Both the position numbers and the translations under genes were made by a program. From an uncultured Acidobacteriota bacterium (lineage in GTDB: Bacteria > Actinomycetota > Acidimicrobiia > Spongiisociales > ZC4RG35): 64,000 bases of DNA. Positions 17,545 through 27,561 of the stretch are shown here, piece by piece. The notes under the pieces were generated by a model that saw nothing but the letters and a program-made list of their open reading frames with translations, was not told where the DNA came from and made no database searches. Positions within the stretch are counted from its first letter, which is position 1; each line of letters starts with the position of its first letter. The stretch lies in the NCBI GenBank assembly GCA_963746905.1, contig CAVVCY010000003.1, positions 1,031,296 through 1,095,295 on the forward strand, given 5' to 3'.

Positions 17545-18939
17545 ATGAAACTAAGAAGAAACAGAAAGCTTCGGGGCTGGTTCGGCCGTCTTCGCCCCTC
17601 GGTGCAGCGACGTCTAAGAATCGCTGTGCCCTATTCGGTGATGGGTGTCGTCACCCTGGTGGTCACCTACACCCTTGCCGACCCGCCCCAGTGGCTGATC
17701 TGGCTCCCCTTCACCGCCCTCTTCGTCCTTCTCGAGTTCTTCGCCGTCGAGGTCAACGACCGTCTCCTCCAGTCGTCGGCGGTGATGGTGGCGATGACCG
17801 CCGGGGTCATCTTCGCCATGACCCCCAACTCGGATGCAATGTTCGGCATGGCCCTACTGGGTGGGATGGCCATGTTCACCCCGCTCGATTTCAAAGAGAA
17901 GCGCTGGTTCCAACCCCTGACCAATTTCGGTCAGATGGTGGTGGCGGGGGCGGTGGCCGGGTTCCTCCTCGATGTCAACCTCAGTCATCTCGCCGATCCC
18001 ACTGCGGAGAACTTGCTTCGGGTGGCGGTGGCCTCGGCGTTGGCGGCCCTGGCCTACGCGACAGTCCAAACCGTCCTCATCAGACATGCAGTGAAGACCG
18101 TCTACGGCAAGGACAACCTTCAACCCTGGTCTCAGATGCATGTCCTCTTCCTCGGGCAGGTTGCGATGGGTCTGCTCGGTGGCTTGATCGGGGCCGCCTA
18201 TCTGATCGCCGGTCGAGAGGCCGTCCTGATCCTCACCGTCGGGGTCTATGCCATCGGGCACATGTCGCTCTACGCCTTCTCCCAACTCCGGGAATCTCAC
18301 ATCGGCTCGATCCGGGGCTTTGTGAAGACCCTCGAGGCCAAGGACATGTACACCCGGGGTCACACCGAACGTGTGGCAGTCTTCGCCCAGATGATCGGCG
18401 AGGAGCTCGGATTCACCGGGACCCAGCTGGAGAGGGTGCGATGGGCTGCCCTGATCCATGACCTGGGCAAGTTGGCGGTCCCCACCGAGCTGATCCGCAA
18501 GCGGGGGCGCCTCGATGATGAGGAGTATGCCGAGATGCAGACCCACGCCCATCTGGTCGAGGAGATCCTGGCGGAGGTCGATTTCCTGCAGCCCATGGTC
18601 GAGATCGCCTCGGGGCATCACAGCAACTTCGATGGTTCCGGCTACGGCGGTCGTGGTCACACCGAGGGTCAGACGCCGAGTCTGGAGGCCTGCATCGTCG
18701 GGGTCGCCGACGCCTTCGACGCCATGACTTCGGCACGTTCCTACCGGATGGCGCTGTCCCAGCAATATGCCTTGCGTGAGTTGCGACGTCACTCCGGCGG
18801 GCAGTTCCACCCCGATGTGGTCGATGCCTTCGAGAAGGGGCTCATCAAGACCGGTCGCAACTGGGGCGCCCCCCATGTGAACGACGAGGAGATGGCCCGT
18901 CGTCTCGCCGAAGAGCCGGAGTTGACCCTCCGTGGCTAA
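17545..18939 (+). CDS. Membrane-sensor (MASE9-like) HD-GYP phosphodiesterase
   Basis: About 7 TM segments, then EAKDMYTRGHTERV, LIHDLGK, HHSNFDGSGYG, VADAFDAMTSARSYR, GGQFHP. Confidence 0.85.
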   Translation: MKLRRNRKLRGWFGRLRPSVQRRLRIAVPYSVMGVVTLVVTYTLADPPQWLIWLPFTALFVLLEFFAVEVNDRLLQSSAVMVAMTAGVIFAMTPNSDAMFGMALLGGMAMFTPLDFKEKRWFQPLTNFGQMVVAGAVAGFLLDVNLSHLADPTAENLLRVAVASALAALAYATVQTVLIRHAVKTVYGKDNLQPWSQMHVLFLGQVAMGLLGGLIGAAYLIAGREAVLILTVGVYAIGHMSLYAFSQLRESHIGSIRGFVKTLEAKDMYTRGHTERVAVFAQMIGEELGFTGTQLERVRWAALIHDLGKLAVPTELIRKRGRLDDEEYAEMQTHAHLVEEILAEVDFLQPMVEIASGHHSNFDGSGYGGRGHTEGQTPSLEACIVGVADAFDAMTSARSYRMALSQQYALRELRRHSGGQFHPDVVDAFEKGLIKTGRNWGAPHVNDEEMARRLAEEPELTLRG

Positions 18940-20181
18940 CTGGCATCCCCGCGCCGTGGCCGTTGTCTCCTGGTTGTTCCCCTTTGGCGCGGGCGGAGTC
19001 GGGCTCTATGCGGCGAGTCAGGCGTCGACCGACCCCTACAGCATCGCGGTCGGGGTCACCGCCCTGGTGATCGGCTCTCTGGTCGGAGTGGCGACGTCCA
19101 GCTCGGGCAATCGGTTCACCACCGGGCTCGCCGTGGCCGCAGCGATCCCGTTCGTGTTCACCAACCAGGAGACCGGATGGGTCGATCTCGCGGGTCGATC
19201 GCTGTTTACGGCATCGGATTGGCGGTGGTCTGGGTCCTAAGCCTGGCTCGTGGCGAGAAGCACATCGACCTTCTTCCGACACTCATTCGTCGTTTTGCGG
19301 GTTATGTGACCTACGCCACTGTCTACACGGCGATGCGGGTTGGGGTATTTGCAGATGTCCTGGCGGCTGGCTGGACCTGGTCCCATTCGGGATCGCCCTC
19401 GTGGCCTGGATCGCCGTCGAGGTCTTGTTACGGGCGGCTCTAGTCCTCAAGCCAGGCGAGTTGTCACGGACCTACCTTGCGAGATCGGCCCTGTACGACC
19501 TGAACGTCTTCCTGGGGCTCACCTTGACCGGAGCGCTGTTCGGTGAGCTGTTTCCGGAGCTGCGGCTGGTGGGCGCTTCCCATCGCTCTGCTCCCGTACT
19601 CATTCGCTCACTCCGCCTTCAAGAGGTTCCAGAAGACCAAGACCACCTACAAGCAGACCATCCGGGCCCTGGCCCGGATCCCGGAGGTATCTGGTCTCGG
19701 AGTCGATGGGCACGCAGACCGCACTACCGAGCTGGCGTCGGCGGTCGCCAAGGAGATGGGAATGGGACCGGCCCAGGTCGAGGACGTCGAGTACGCCGGC
19801 CTGATGCACGATATCGGTCGGGTCAGCCTCAACGAGCCACAGATCATTCGGATGGGCTACACCAACGACGACATCGCTCGATGGAGCGCGGAGATCATTG
19901 CCGAGTCGCCCTATCTGGACCGGGTCGCCGAGCACGTGAGGCGACAGTACGAGTCCTATCGGAGGCCGGGCGAGCAGACCGACCCTGACGTGTCGGTTGT
20001 CTCCAGGATCATCAAGGTCACCGCCGCCTATGACTGGCAGGTGTACCAGCAGGGCCTCTCACCACTTCAGGCTCTGGAGAATCTCCACACCGGCGCCGCT
20101 TACGAATACGACCCTGAAGTGGTCGCCTCGGTACGCAGGATCCTCGAGGCCAGAGGGGTCCTCAGCCCGGCGAGAGTGTGA
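18932..20181 (+). CDS. Second membrane HD-GYP-like protein, catalytically degenerate; three frameshifts
   Basis: TM region split over ORFs 18932/19177/19401, then GHADRT, LMHDIG, with HHE/GYP replaced by RQYESY and VAD by TAAYD; EYDPEVV. Confidence 0.7.
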
Positions 20182-20199
20182 ACGAAGGCGCCCAACGCC

Positions 20200-20790
20200 T
20201 CAGGGCTTGGTGGCGGAGCCCGCCTGAGCATGCGCGCCGCGCTTGAACCAACGTCGTGGCCTCCGCAACTCGTGCTCCAGGAAGCGGCCGAGCCCAACGG
20301 CCAGGAAGACGTCACCGAGACTGATCACCTGACCGATGCTGGCGACTCGCAATGGGATCACGTCGGCGAAGAACGTCAGTCGCGACGACTCGTCGAGCAT
20401 CACGTGCTTGAAGGAGTCGCTGAGATCCGGTGACGAAACAGCGAAGCCGCTTGCCACCTCGGCTGCCCCGGCGAGTACTGGCATCCCGCCGTTGAGTGCA
20501 ATCACCGTGAAGTTCATGAGGACGCCAAGCCCGGCGAGCCACATTCCCGACTTCTGCCGGTTGAGGACGACCATGATCATCAAGAGGCCGAAAGAGACGA
20601 GCACCATGGCCAGGGCGACTCCGTGTGCCCAGTCGGTGTCGGGTAGCCATTCGGTGGCGAGCTGGAGAGCGAAGCCAAGCGGCAGCAGCCACCAGGCTTT
20701 CAGCTCGATGTCTCCCAGGTTGGTGAGACGGCCTCCCCGGAGGACGGCGATGGCGAGTGAAAGAAAGAGGACAATCGCCATCCATAACAT
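20200..20790 (-). CDS. DUF5317-like integral membrane protein
   Basis: LRGGRL..LG, G..MNFTVIALNGGMPV, KHV, LTFFADVIP, SLGDVFL motifs. Confidence 0.75.
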   Translation of the reverse strand: MLWMAIVLFLSLAIAVLRGGRLTNLGDIELKAWWLLPLGFALQLATEWLPDTDWAHGVALAMVLVSFGLLMIMVVLNRQKSGMWLAGLGVLMNFTVIALNGGMPVLAGAAEVASGFAVSSPDLSDSFKHVMLDESSRLTFFADVIPLRVASIGQVISLGDVFLAVGLGRFLEHELRRPRRWFKRGAHAQAGSATKP

Positions 20791-20839
20791 GTGAGCGACG
20801 GTAATACCCGGGCAGACATTGACAAGAAAGCGAAATTCG

Positions 20840-21607
20840 ATGGTGGACTACGAGGCGTCCCAGGGTCGAGCGACCATCACAATCAACGACCCGGAGCGTC
20901 GCAACCCGATCTCAGTGGAGACCATGGCCGGTCTTCTCGATGCGACAGGGCGCGCAGTCGACGACGGTTCGGTGAAGGTCATCGTCTTCACCGGCGCCGG
21001 CGACGAAGTGTTTAGCGCGGGTGGCGACCTGTCAGGTTCCTTTGTCGACGACGCAGTCGGCCTCCATCGGAAACGGGGTGTGTTTGCCGACCTGTTCCGC
21101 CTGATGTGGAGGTCAGGGAAGCCGACCGTTGCCCGGGTCAATGGGCATGCCTTCGGCGGTGGCTTCGGACTCGCCGTCGCCTGCGACATCACCGTCTGCG
21201 TCGAAGACGCCAGGTTGGGAACCACCGAGGTCACTGTTGGCCTATGGCCGATGATGATCACCGCGGTCCTGGCCCGCTCGATGCCGCGGAAGGCGCTTCT
21301 CGAGATGATGCTCACTGGACGCACGATCGACGCACTCGAGGCGCATCGTCTGGGGGCTGTCTCCAGGGTCGTCACACGCCCTGATCTCGACTCCGCCGTC
21401 GATGACATCGTGAGCCGACTGCAGTCGCTGAGCCCGGCCACCTTGCTGTTGGGGCGTGACATCTTCCACGGAGTCTCAGACCTTGGTGTCGATGCGGCGT
21501 TGGACCGTCTTCAGCTCGGCCTTACCGAGGTGGCCATGACCGAGGACGCCAGGGAGGGCATCACGGCGTTCCTCGAGAAGCGCGACCCACACTGGCCCGG
21601 GGGCTGA
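20840..21607 (+). CDS. Enoyl-CoA hydratase/isomerase family protein
   Basis: FSAGGDL, ARVNGHAFGGGFGLAVACD, EDAREGITAFLEKRDP. Confidence 0.88.
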   Translation: MVDYEASQGRATITINDPERRNPISVETMAGLLDATGRAVDDGSVKVIVFTGAGDEVFSAGGDLSGSFVDDAVGLHRKRGVFADLFRLMWRSGKPTVARVNGHAFGGGFGLAVACDITVCVEDARLGTTEVTVGLWPMMITAVLARSMPRKALLEMMLTGRTIDALEAHRLGAVSRVVTRPDLDSAVDDIVSRLQSLSPATLLLGRDIFHGVSDLGVDAALDRLQLGLTEVAMTEDAREGITAFLEKRDPHWPGG

Positions 21608-21652
21608 GACCGCGACATCTGGTTGGAACCACCGCCATTTAGCCTCTCCGGC

Positions 21653-22336
21653 ATGCGCCGCAACATCCAGATCCTCGGATGGGCCCTGATCTGGACCGGG
21701 CTCTTCATCTTTGGCTATCTGGGATGGCAGCTGGTCGTCACCGACATCGTCAACGAGCGGGTGCAGGCCGAGGCCACTGATGATCTGCACGACTTTTTCG
21801 AAGTCGAACGTGTGCACCTTCCCCCGGTGCAGGCGGTGGAGAGTGAGGAGGGTGCCCCGCTCCAATTCCATCCCGAACAGGAACCCGATGAGAACACCAG
21901 TTTCGCCCGACTCCGGGTCCCCAAGTTCGGTCTCGATGTCGTGGTGTTCGAAGGGGTGAGCCGCGATGCCCTGGCTCAGGGCCCGGGCCATATGCCGGGC
22001 ACGCCGTTGCCCGGTCAGCCGGGAAATGCGGTGATCTCCGGGCATCGAACCACGCACGGTCGGCCCTTCTTCAACTTCGACCGGCTTCAGCCAGGAGACC
22101 GCATCGAGGTGGAGACGTCGATCGGCACCCATGTCTATCAAGTCAGGGAGAGCCTCATCGTGGCTCCGACCGATGTCTGGGTTGCCGACAACAAGGCCGG
22201 CGCCTGGCTGACGCTCACGACTTGCAACCCCAAGTTCTCGGCCCGGGAGCGTCTGGTCGTATTTGCCGAAATGGTGGAGGGGCCGAATCTGGCGTTTATC
22301 AAGGACCTCGAGGATCGTCCGGTCGGGGTCTCCTAG
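21653..22336 (+). CDS. Sortase (class E-like)
   Basis: N-terminal TM, GPGHMPGT, ISGHRTTHG, LTLTTCNPKFSARERLVV. Confidence 0.88.
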   Translation: MRRNIQILGWALIWTGLFIFGYLGWQLVVTDIVNERVQAEATDDLHDFFEVERVHLPPVQAVESEEGAPLQFHPEQEPDENTSFARLRVPKFGLDVVVFEGVSRDALAQGPGHMPGTPLPGQPGNAVISGHRTTHGRPFFNFDRLQPGDRIEVETSIGTHVYQVRESLIVAPTDVWVADNKAGAWLTLTTCNPKFSARERLVVFAEMVEGPNLAFIKDLEDRPVGVS

Positions 22337-22866
22337 CCGGTCATTTCTTCGAGTGCCTGTTGGTCCACGAGCCCGTTGACGATGCTCGAGACCGTTCCGT
22401 CCGGCTCGATGATGAATGTCGCCGGCAGCCCCACGGTCTGGTAGGCGTCACGAAACTCCTTGTTCCCGAATGCGAGCGGGTATGAAGGCGACATCTCCTC
22501 GGCGAACGCTTCCGAGTCGGCCCGGGCGTCCTCGACGGCGACCCCGAGCACGGCAACGTCAGGGTGATTCGATGCGAAGTTGGATATGTCGGGGATCTCG
22601 GTGCGACAAGGGAGGCACCATGACGCCCAGAGGTTGAGCACCAGGGTCCGCCCATCCTCGTCGAGGTGGTTTTCAAGTGTGAAGGTCCCACCGTCCAGAA
22701 GTTCCAATGTGAAATCCGGTGCCTGAGCCCCGACGGAGGCCACGGCCGTGTCATCGCTCAGCAGCCATGCAATGCCGAGCCCGGCAATCACGACGCCGAC
22801 GAATACTCCAGTGAGCAGGAGAGAGCGCCTGGGGAGCGGGTCAGGGACATCCGCGGGATCAGTCAG
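22333..22866 (-). CDS. TlpA/ResA-like membrane thioredoxin
   Basis: TM helix, [24 protein letters not shown]; start uncertain (CTG 22866 after GGAGG, or ATG 22887). Confidence 0.82.
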   Translation of the reverse strand: MTDPADVPDPLPRRSLLLTGVFVGVVIAGLGIAWLLSDDTAVASVGAQAPDFTLELLDGGTFTLENHLDEDGRTLVLNLWASWCLPCRTEIPDISNFASNHPDVAVLGVAVEDARADSEAFAEEMSPSYPLAFGNKEFRDAYQTVGLPATFIIEPDGTVSSIVNGLVDQQALEEMTG

Positions 22867-25573
22867 AGGCCATCCTCCGCAAGACATAGTGCAGGATCCC
22901 GCCGTTGCGCAAGTACTCGACCTCGATGTCGGTGTCCACTCTGGCGATCATCGGGAAACTCCTGACCGATCCATCAGCTGCGGTCGCACTCACGATGATT
23001 TCCTGCCGCGGGTGCAGGTCGTCGGTGAGCGGGATGTCGTAGGTCTCGGAGCCATCGAGACCCAGGCTGGCGGCGTCTCCTCCATCGGCAAAGACCAGAG
23101 GGAGCACCCCCATCATCACCAGGTTGGACCGATGAATCCGCTCAAACGACCTGGCGAGGACCGCGTTGACTCCGAGCAAGAACGGGCCCTTGGCTGCCCA
23201 ATCTCGCGACGATCCCATTCCGTAGTCAGACCCGCCGATGACAATCAGGGGGATCCCGCTCTCCTGGTAATGCATCGAAGCGTCGTAGATCGATTTCACC
23301 ACACCATCGAGGAAGTCGGTGGTCCAGCCGCCCTCGGTCCCCGGCGCCAGTTGGTTCTTGACCCGGATATTGGCAAAGGTGCCTCTGGTCATGACCCGGT
23401 CGTTCCCACGCCTGGACCCGTAGGAGTTGAACATCGGGGGCTGTACCCCTTGAGAGATCAAGTACTTCCCGGCGGGGGAGTCGATGGCGATCGATCCCGC
23501 CGGGCTGATGTGGTCGGTGGTGACGGAGTCGCCGAGCAAGGCCAGTGCCCGGGCCCCGTTGATCGGGGCAAGTGGCGTGAGGTGGGGGGTCAGCGTGGTG
23601 AAGAAGGGGGGCTCCTGAACGTATGTCGATTCACCATCCCAGGGATAGAGGTCGGACTCCGGAGTCGTGATCGCACGCCATTCGTCCGAGCCTGCGAACA
23701 CGTCGGAGTACTTGTCGAGAAACTGGCTTTGGTGGACGTGCGCCGAGACGATCTCGGCGATCTCCTCCTGGCTCGGCCAGATGTCGCGGAGGAACACGTC
23801 GTTGCCTTCCTGATCGACTCCGAGAGGCTCGGTGATCGGGTCCCACGCCACGGTCCCCGCCAGGGCATAGGCCACCACCAGGGGAGGGGAAGCCAGGTAA
23901 TTGGCTCGCACATCCGGGGAGATGCGACCTTCGAAGTTCCTGTTGCCCGAGAGCACGGATGCCGTGACCAGATCGCCGGCATGGATCGCCTCGGAGATCG
24001 GTCCCGATAGTGGGCCCGAGTTGCCGATGCAGGTGGTGCACCCGTAACCCACCACATAGAACCCGAGCGCCTCGAGGTCAGGGAGCAATCCGGAGCTGGT
24101 GAGGTACTCGGTGACCACCTTGGACCCCGGGGCCAGCGAAGTCTTGACCCAGGGCATGCGGGTCAACCCACGCTCCCGGGCCTTGCGGGCGACCAGGCCC
24201 GCTCCCACCATGACATCGGGGTTCGAGGTATTCGTGCACGACGTGATCGCGGCGATCACCACGTCCCCGTCACTCAGATTGAAATGCTCGCCATCCATGT
24301 GGACATCGACGCTGGCCTGGGCCTCCAGAGACCTGCCCTGGGACGACTGACCGCCTTCGTCTTCCCAACTGACAACGGTGGCTGTCTTGGCCCCGCCATT
24401 CTTCCCAAAGAGGGTGGTGAGATCGGCAGTCCATTGCGCCCTCATCGCAGAGAGGGCCACCCGATCCTGTGGTCGCTTGGGCCCGGCCAAAGACGGCTCC
24501 ACCGTGGACATGTCGAGGGCGAGGTCCGCCGAGTAGTTGATCTGGTGACTGTCGTCCCGCCACATGCCCTGGGCCTTGTGGTACTGCTCGACGGTGTCGA
24601 TCAGCTTGTCATCGCGACCGGTCAGCCTGAGGTACTTCAGGGTCTGCTCGTCGACCGGGAAGAAGCCGACCGTGGCGCCATATTCCGGCGCCATATTGGC
24701 GATCGTTGCCCTGTTGGCTACCGGCATGTCCGCAAGCCCCGGGCCGTGGAATTCGACGAACTTGTCCACCACCCCGTGTTCGCGGAGCATCTCGGTCACC
24801 CGGAGAACCAGGTCGGTGGCGGTCGATCCCTCGGGGAGTCTTCCGGTCAGCCGGAACCCGACAACCTCGGGCAGGAGCATGTAGATCGGCTGGCCAACCA
24901 TGGCAGCCTCGGCCTCGATGCCGCCTACTCCCCAGCCGACCACCCCGAGCCCGTTGATCATCGTGGTGTGGCTGTCCGTTCCGACGAGGCTGTCCGGATA
25001 GAGCTGATCCCCGTCGTCCCAGACCACTTTGGCCAGGTATTCGAGGTTGACCTGATGGACGATGCCCGTGGCGGGTGGGACCACGCGGAAGTTGGCGAAT
25101 GCCGACTGGCCCCACTTGAGGAACTCATATCGCTCCTGGTTTCGCTCGAACTCCTTGCGAGAGTTGATGGTGAGGGCGTCCGATCGAGCGAAGGCGTCGA
25201 CCTGGACCGAGTGATCCACCACGAGGTCGGCGGGGATGAGGGGGTTGACCTTCTGCGCGGCGCCCTCATCGCCGGTCAGACGCACTATCGCCGAGCGCAT
25301 CGCGGCGAGATCGACCACCGCCGGCACCCCGGTGAAATCCTGGAGTATCACCCGACCCGGTACGAACGGGATCTCTTGCTCGCCCACTTTCCGGGCGTCA
25401 TAAGAGGCGATCCTGCGGACATCCGCTTCGGTCACACTCTTGCCGTCGAGGTTCCGCAGGGCGGACTCGAGAAGGACCTTGATCGAATAGGGGAGCCGGT
25501 TGGCGCCTTCGATGTCGTCGATTCGGGCTATCTGGCGGGGCCCGAGCGCCGTTTCGAGGGTGAACCCGTTCAT
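22859..25573 (-). CDS. acnA: Aconitate hydratase A
   Basis: [67 protein letters not shown]. Confidence 0.97.
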   Translation of the reverse strand: MNGFTLETALGPRQIARIDDIEGANRLPYSIKVLLESALRNLDGKSVTEADVRRIASYDARKVGEQEIPFVPGRVILQDFTGVPAVVDLAAMRSAIVRLTGDEGAAQKVNPLIPADLVVDHSVQVDAFARSDALTINSRKEFERNQERYEFLKWGQSAFANFRVVPPATGIVHQVNLEYLAKVVWDDGDQLYPDSLVGTDSHTTMINGLGVVGWGVGGIEAEAAMVGQPIYMLLPEVVGFRLTGRLPEGSTATDLVLRVTEMLREHGVVDKFVEFHGPGLADMPVANRATIANMAPEYGATVGFFPVDEQTLKYLRLTGRDDKLIDTVEQYHKAQGMWRDDSHQINYSADLALDMSTVEPSLAGPKRPQDRVALSAMRAQWTADLTTLFGKNGGAKTATVVSWEDEGGQSSQGRSLEAQASVDVHMDGEHFNLSDGDVVIAAITSCTNTSNPDVMVGAGLVARKARERGLTRMPWVKTSLAPGSKVVTEYLTSSGLLPDLEALGFYVVGYGCTTCIGNSGPLSGPISEAIHAGDLVTASVLSGNRNFEGRISPDVRANYLASPPLVVAYALAGTVAWDPITEPLGVDQEGNDVFLRDIWPSQEEIAEIVSAHVHQSQFLDKYSDVFAGSDEWRAITTPESDLYPWDGESTYVQEPPFFTTLTPHLTPLAPINGARALALLGDSVTTDHISPAGSIAIDSPAGKYLISQGVQPPMFNSYGSRRGNDRVMTRGTFANIRVKNQLAPGTEGGWTTDFLDGVVKSIYDASMHYQESGIPLIVIGGSDYGMGSSRDWAAKGPFLLGVNAVLARSFERIHRSNLVMMGVLPLVFADGGDAASLGLDGSETYDIPLTDDLHPRQEIIVSATAADGSVRSFPMIARVDTDIEVEYLRNGGILHYVLRRMASD

Positions 25574-25615
25574 GGGGCCAAGGTTACTGGTATGGGCCTG
25601 GTGTTCCTTGGGCCT

Positions 25616-25692
25616 GTTATCGGTTTTCGGTTATCGGTTATCCGTTTTGGAAAGTCACGTGGTATTGCGTATTGCGTAATGCGGGGATTGCC
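25616..25692. repeat. Two short heptamer tandem arrays
   Basis: GTTATCG-like x5 (25616-25650) and GTATTGC-like x3 (25672-25692) in the acnA upstream gap. Confidence 0.7.
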
Positions 25693-26409
25693 TCAGGCGC
25701 TTCCAATCGTCACCGGCACCCGGGTCACGCAATCGTCCTCCAGGGCCTTGTGTGGGATGACCACGGGGTTGCAGGCGTAGGACAGGGCTCCGAACATCCC
25801 GGCGACGATTCCCCGGTCGAGCGAGCAGATCACCTCGGGATGACTGGTGGCAGCCTCCCCGAAAGGGCAATGCGAGGTGAGAAGCCGCTGCCCGGGCACG
25901 TCGGGGTCGATGGAGAAGCCAAGCCCGGTCATCGCACTGGCGACTGCCTGGATTGCGCCGTCATAGCCGGGCTGCTCGGGTTGGCCGATCTCGGCGGCCA
26001 ACTCACGGCCGTAGGCCCTGCCGACGTTTTCTGCGATCTGGGCGACGTTCTCGGGGGCTATCTCGTCGAGAACCCGGATCAGCATCTCCACCAGCATCTC
26101 GAATCGCCTCGGGGCGAAATGGACCGAGACCTCCTTGGTCGTTGCCTCGTAGCACTTGGCCGGGCGACCTGCTCCCGGTCCGTTCTTACCCTCGGAGCGG
26201 CGGTGGCTCACCTTCAGATAGCCGTCATCGGCCAGCCGGTCGAGGTGATGTCGGGCCACGTTGGGGTGAAGGTCGAAGAGGCCGGCCACGTGAGACGTGG
26301 TGAGCGGTTCGGCGGACTCACGAACCGCGATGTAGATCGCTCGACGGGTTGGATCACCCAGAGAAGAGGTGAGGTCGGAGATCCGGCTATCGAGGGTTTC
26401 GGTGTCCAT
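25693..26409 (-). CDS. ArsR/SufR-like HTH regulator with C-terminal Cys cluster
   Basis: LGDPTRRAIY, HPNVARHHLDRL, GAGRPAK, HCPF-x-C with two more Cys (C-x13-C-x17-C-x13-C). Confidence 0.72.
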   Translation of the reverse strand: MDTETLDSRISDLTSSLGDPTRRAIYIAVRESAEPLTTSHVAGLFDLHPNVARHHLDRLADDGYLKVSHRRSEGKNGPGAGRPAKCYEATTKEVSVHFAPRRFEMLVEMLIRVLDEIAPENVAQIAENVGRAYGRELAAEIGQPEQPGYDGAIQAVASAMTGLGFSIDPDVPGQRLLTSHCPFGEAATSHPEVICSLDRGIVAGMFGALSYACNPVVIPHKALEDDCVTRVPVTIGSA

Positions 26410-26478
26410 GAGGGGTACCAACAGGTCAAAACTATAGTTTCGGGGGCCTTCTATCCACTCTTGTCGTAGGGAAAATCA

Positions 26479-27561
26479 ATGACCGCGGACAATCAGATCT
26501 TCGACGCGGTCGCATCAATCGAGTCCCCTCTGTTCGTCGGACGAACCCTTGGGGAGTTGGGTGCTGTCAAGAAGGTCGACCGATCTCTGACCGGGAAACT
26601 GAGTGTCGAACTGCTGCTCCCGACGTCTCATACCTCCGAATTGCTGGATCAGCGCCTCAAGGACGCCCTCCACGATCATGGCCGCGGCGTCGATGTTGAC
26701 ATCGAGGTGATGAGCGAGGAGGCGGCCGTCGAGTTGATCGCCCGTCTCCGCGAACTGGCCGGGCCACCGGTCGGCGAGGCAGGCTCGTCGACCCGGGTAG
26801 TGGCGGTGGCTTCCGGCAAAGGCGGTGTTGGCAAGTCTTCGGTGAGCTGCAACCTGGCAGTAGCCCTGGTTCGGGCTGGGAAGAAGGTCGGGATCGTCGA
26901 TGGGGACATATGGGGCTTCTCGGTGCCCCGGATGCTCGGAGTCTCGCAGCCACCCCTGCTGGTGGCTGAAGCGATCATCCCACCGGTCTCCTACGGGGTG
27001 AAGGTGATGTCCATGGATTACTTCGTCGGCGACGACAAGGCCGTGATCTGGCGGGGCCCGATGCTGCACAAGGCGATCGAGCAATTCCTGAAAGATGTGT
27101 TCTGGGACAACCTCGATTTCCTGATCGTGGACATGCCGCCCGGCACCGGTGACATCGCCATCTCGATGGCGCAGTTCCTTCCCAGGGCTCAGGTATTGCT
27201 GGTCACGACCCCACAACCCACCGCGCAAAGGGTGGCCCGCCGAGCCGCGCTCATGGCAGCCGAGGTCGACCAGCAGGTGATCGGCATCGTCGAGAACATG
27301 TCGTGGTTCACGGGGGATGATGGAAAGCAATACGAGCTCTTCGGGTCGGGCGGTGGGTCCGCACTCGCCGAGGAAGTCGGGGTCGATCTCATGGCGCGGA
27401 TCCCGCTTCTGCCGGCCATGGGACGTGGCGCCGACGAAGGCCACCCGGTCGCAGTCGTGGCCCCGGGCTCTGAGGCAGAGCGGGCCTTCGAGGCGCTGGC
27501 GGGCGCCGTAATTGAGAAGAGGCCCCGGATCCGGACCAACCCGGCATTGGTGATCAACTGA
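26479..27561 (+). CDS. mrp: Mrp/NBP35 (ApbC) family P-loop ATPase
   Basis: ASGKGGVGKSS, VIWRGPML, DMPPGTGD, VTTPQ, VENMS. Confidence 0.9.
   Translation: MTADNQIFDAVASIESPLFVGRTLGELGAVKKVDRSLTGKLSVELLLPTSHTSELLDQRLKDALHDHGRGVDVDIEVMSEEAAVELIARLRELAGPPVGEAGSSTRVVAVASGKGGVGKSSVSCNLAVALVRAGKKVGIVDGDIWGFSVPRMLGVSQPPLLVAEAIIPPVSYGVKVMSMDYFVGDDKAVIWRGPMLHKAIEQFLKDVFWDNLDFLIVDMPPGTGDIAISMAQFLPRAQVLLVTTPQPTAQRVARRAALMAAEVDQQVIGIVENMSWFTGDDGKQYELFGSGGGSALAEEVGVDLMARIPLLPAMGRGADEGHPVAVVAPGSEAERAFEALAGAVIEKRPRIRTNPALVIN

Noticed and set aside
22748-25780. Long antisense ORFs over acnA, and similar ones over potC, the aminotransferases, SulP and DUF4349
   Set aside because: Shadow ORFs expected opposite high-GC coding sequence; no motifs, and they fully overlap confident genes
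26479-27561. Mrp lacking the C-terminal CxxC (VENMSWFTGDDG)
   Set aside because: Loss of this motif is already known in actinobacterial Mrp proteins
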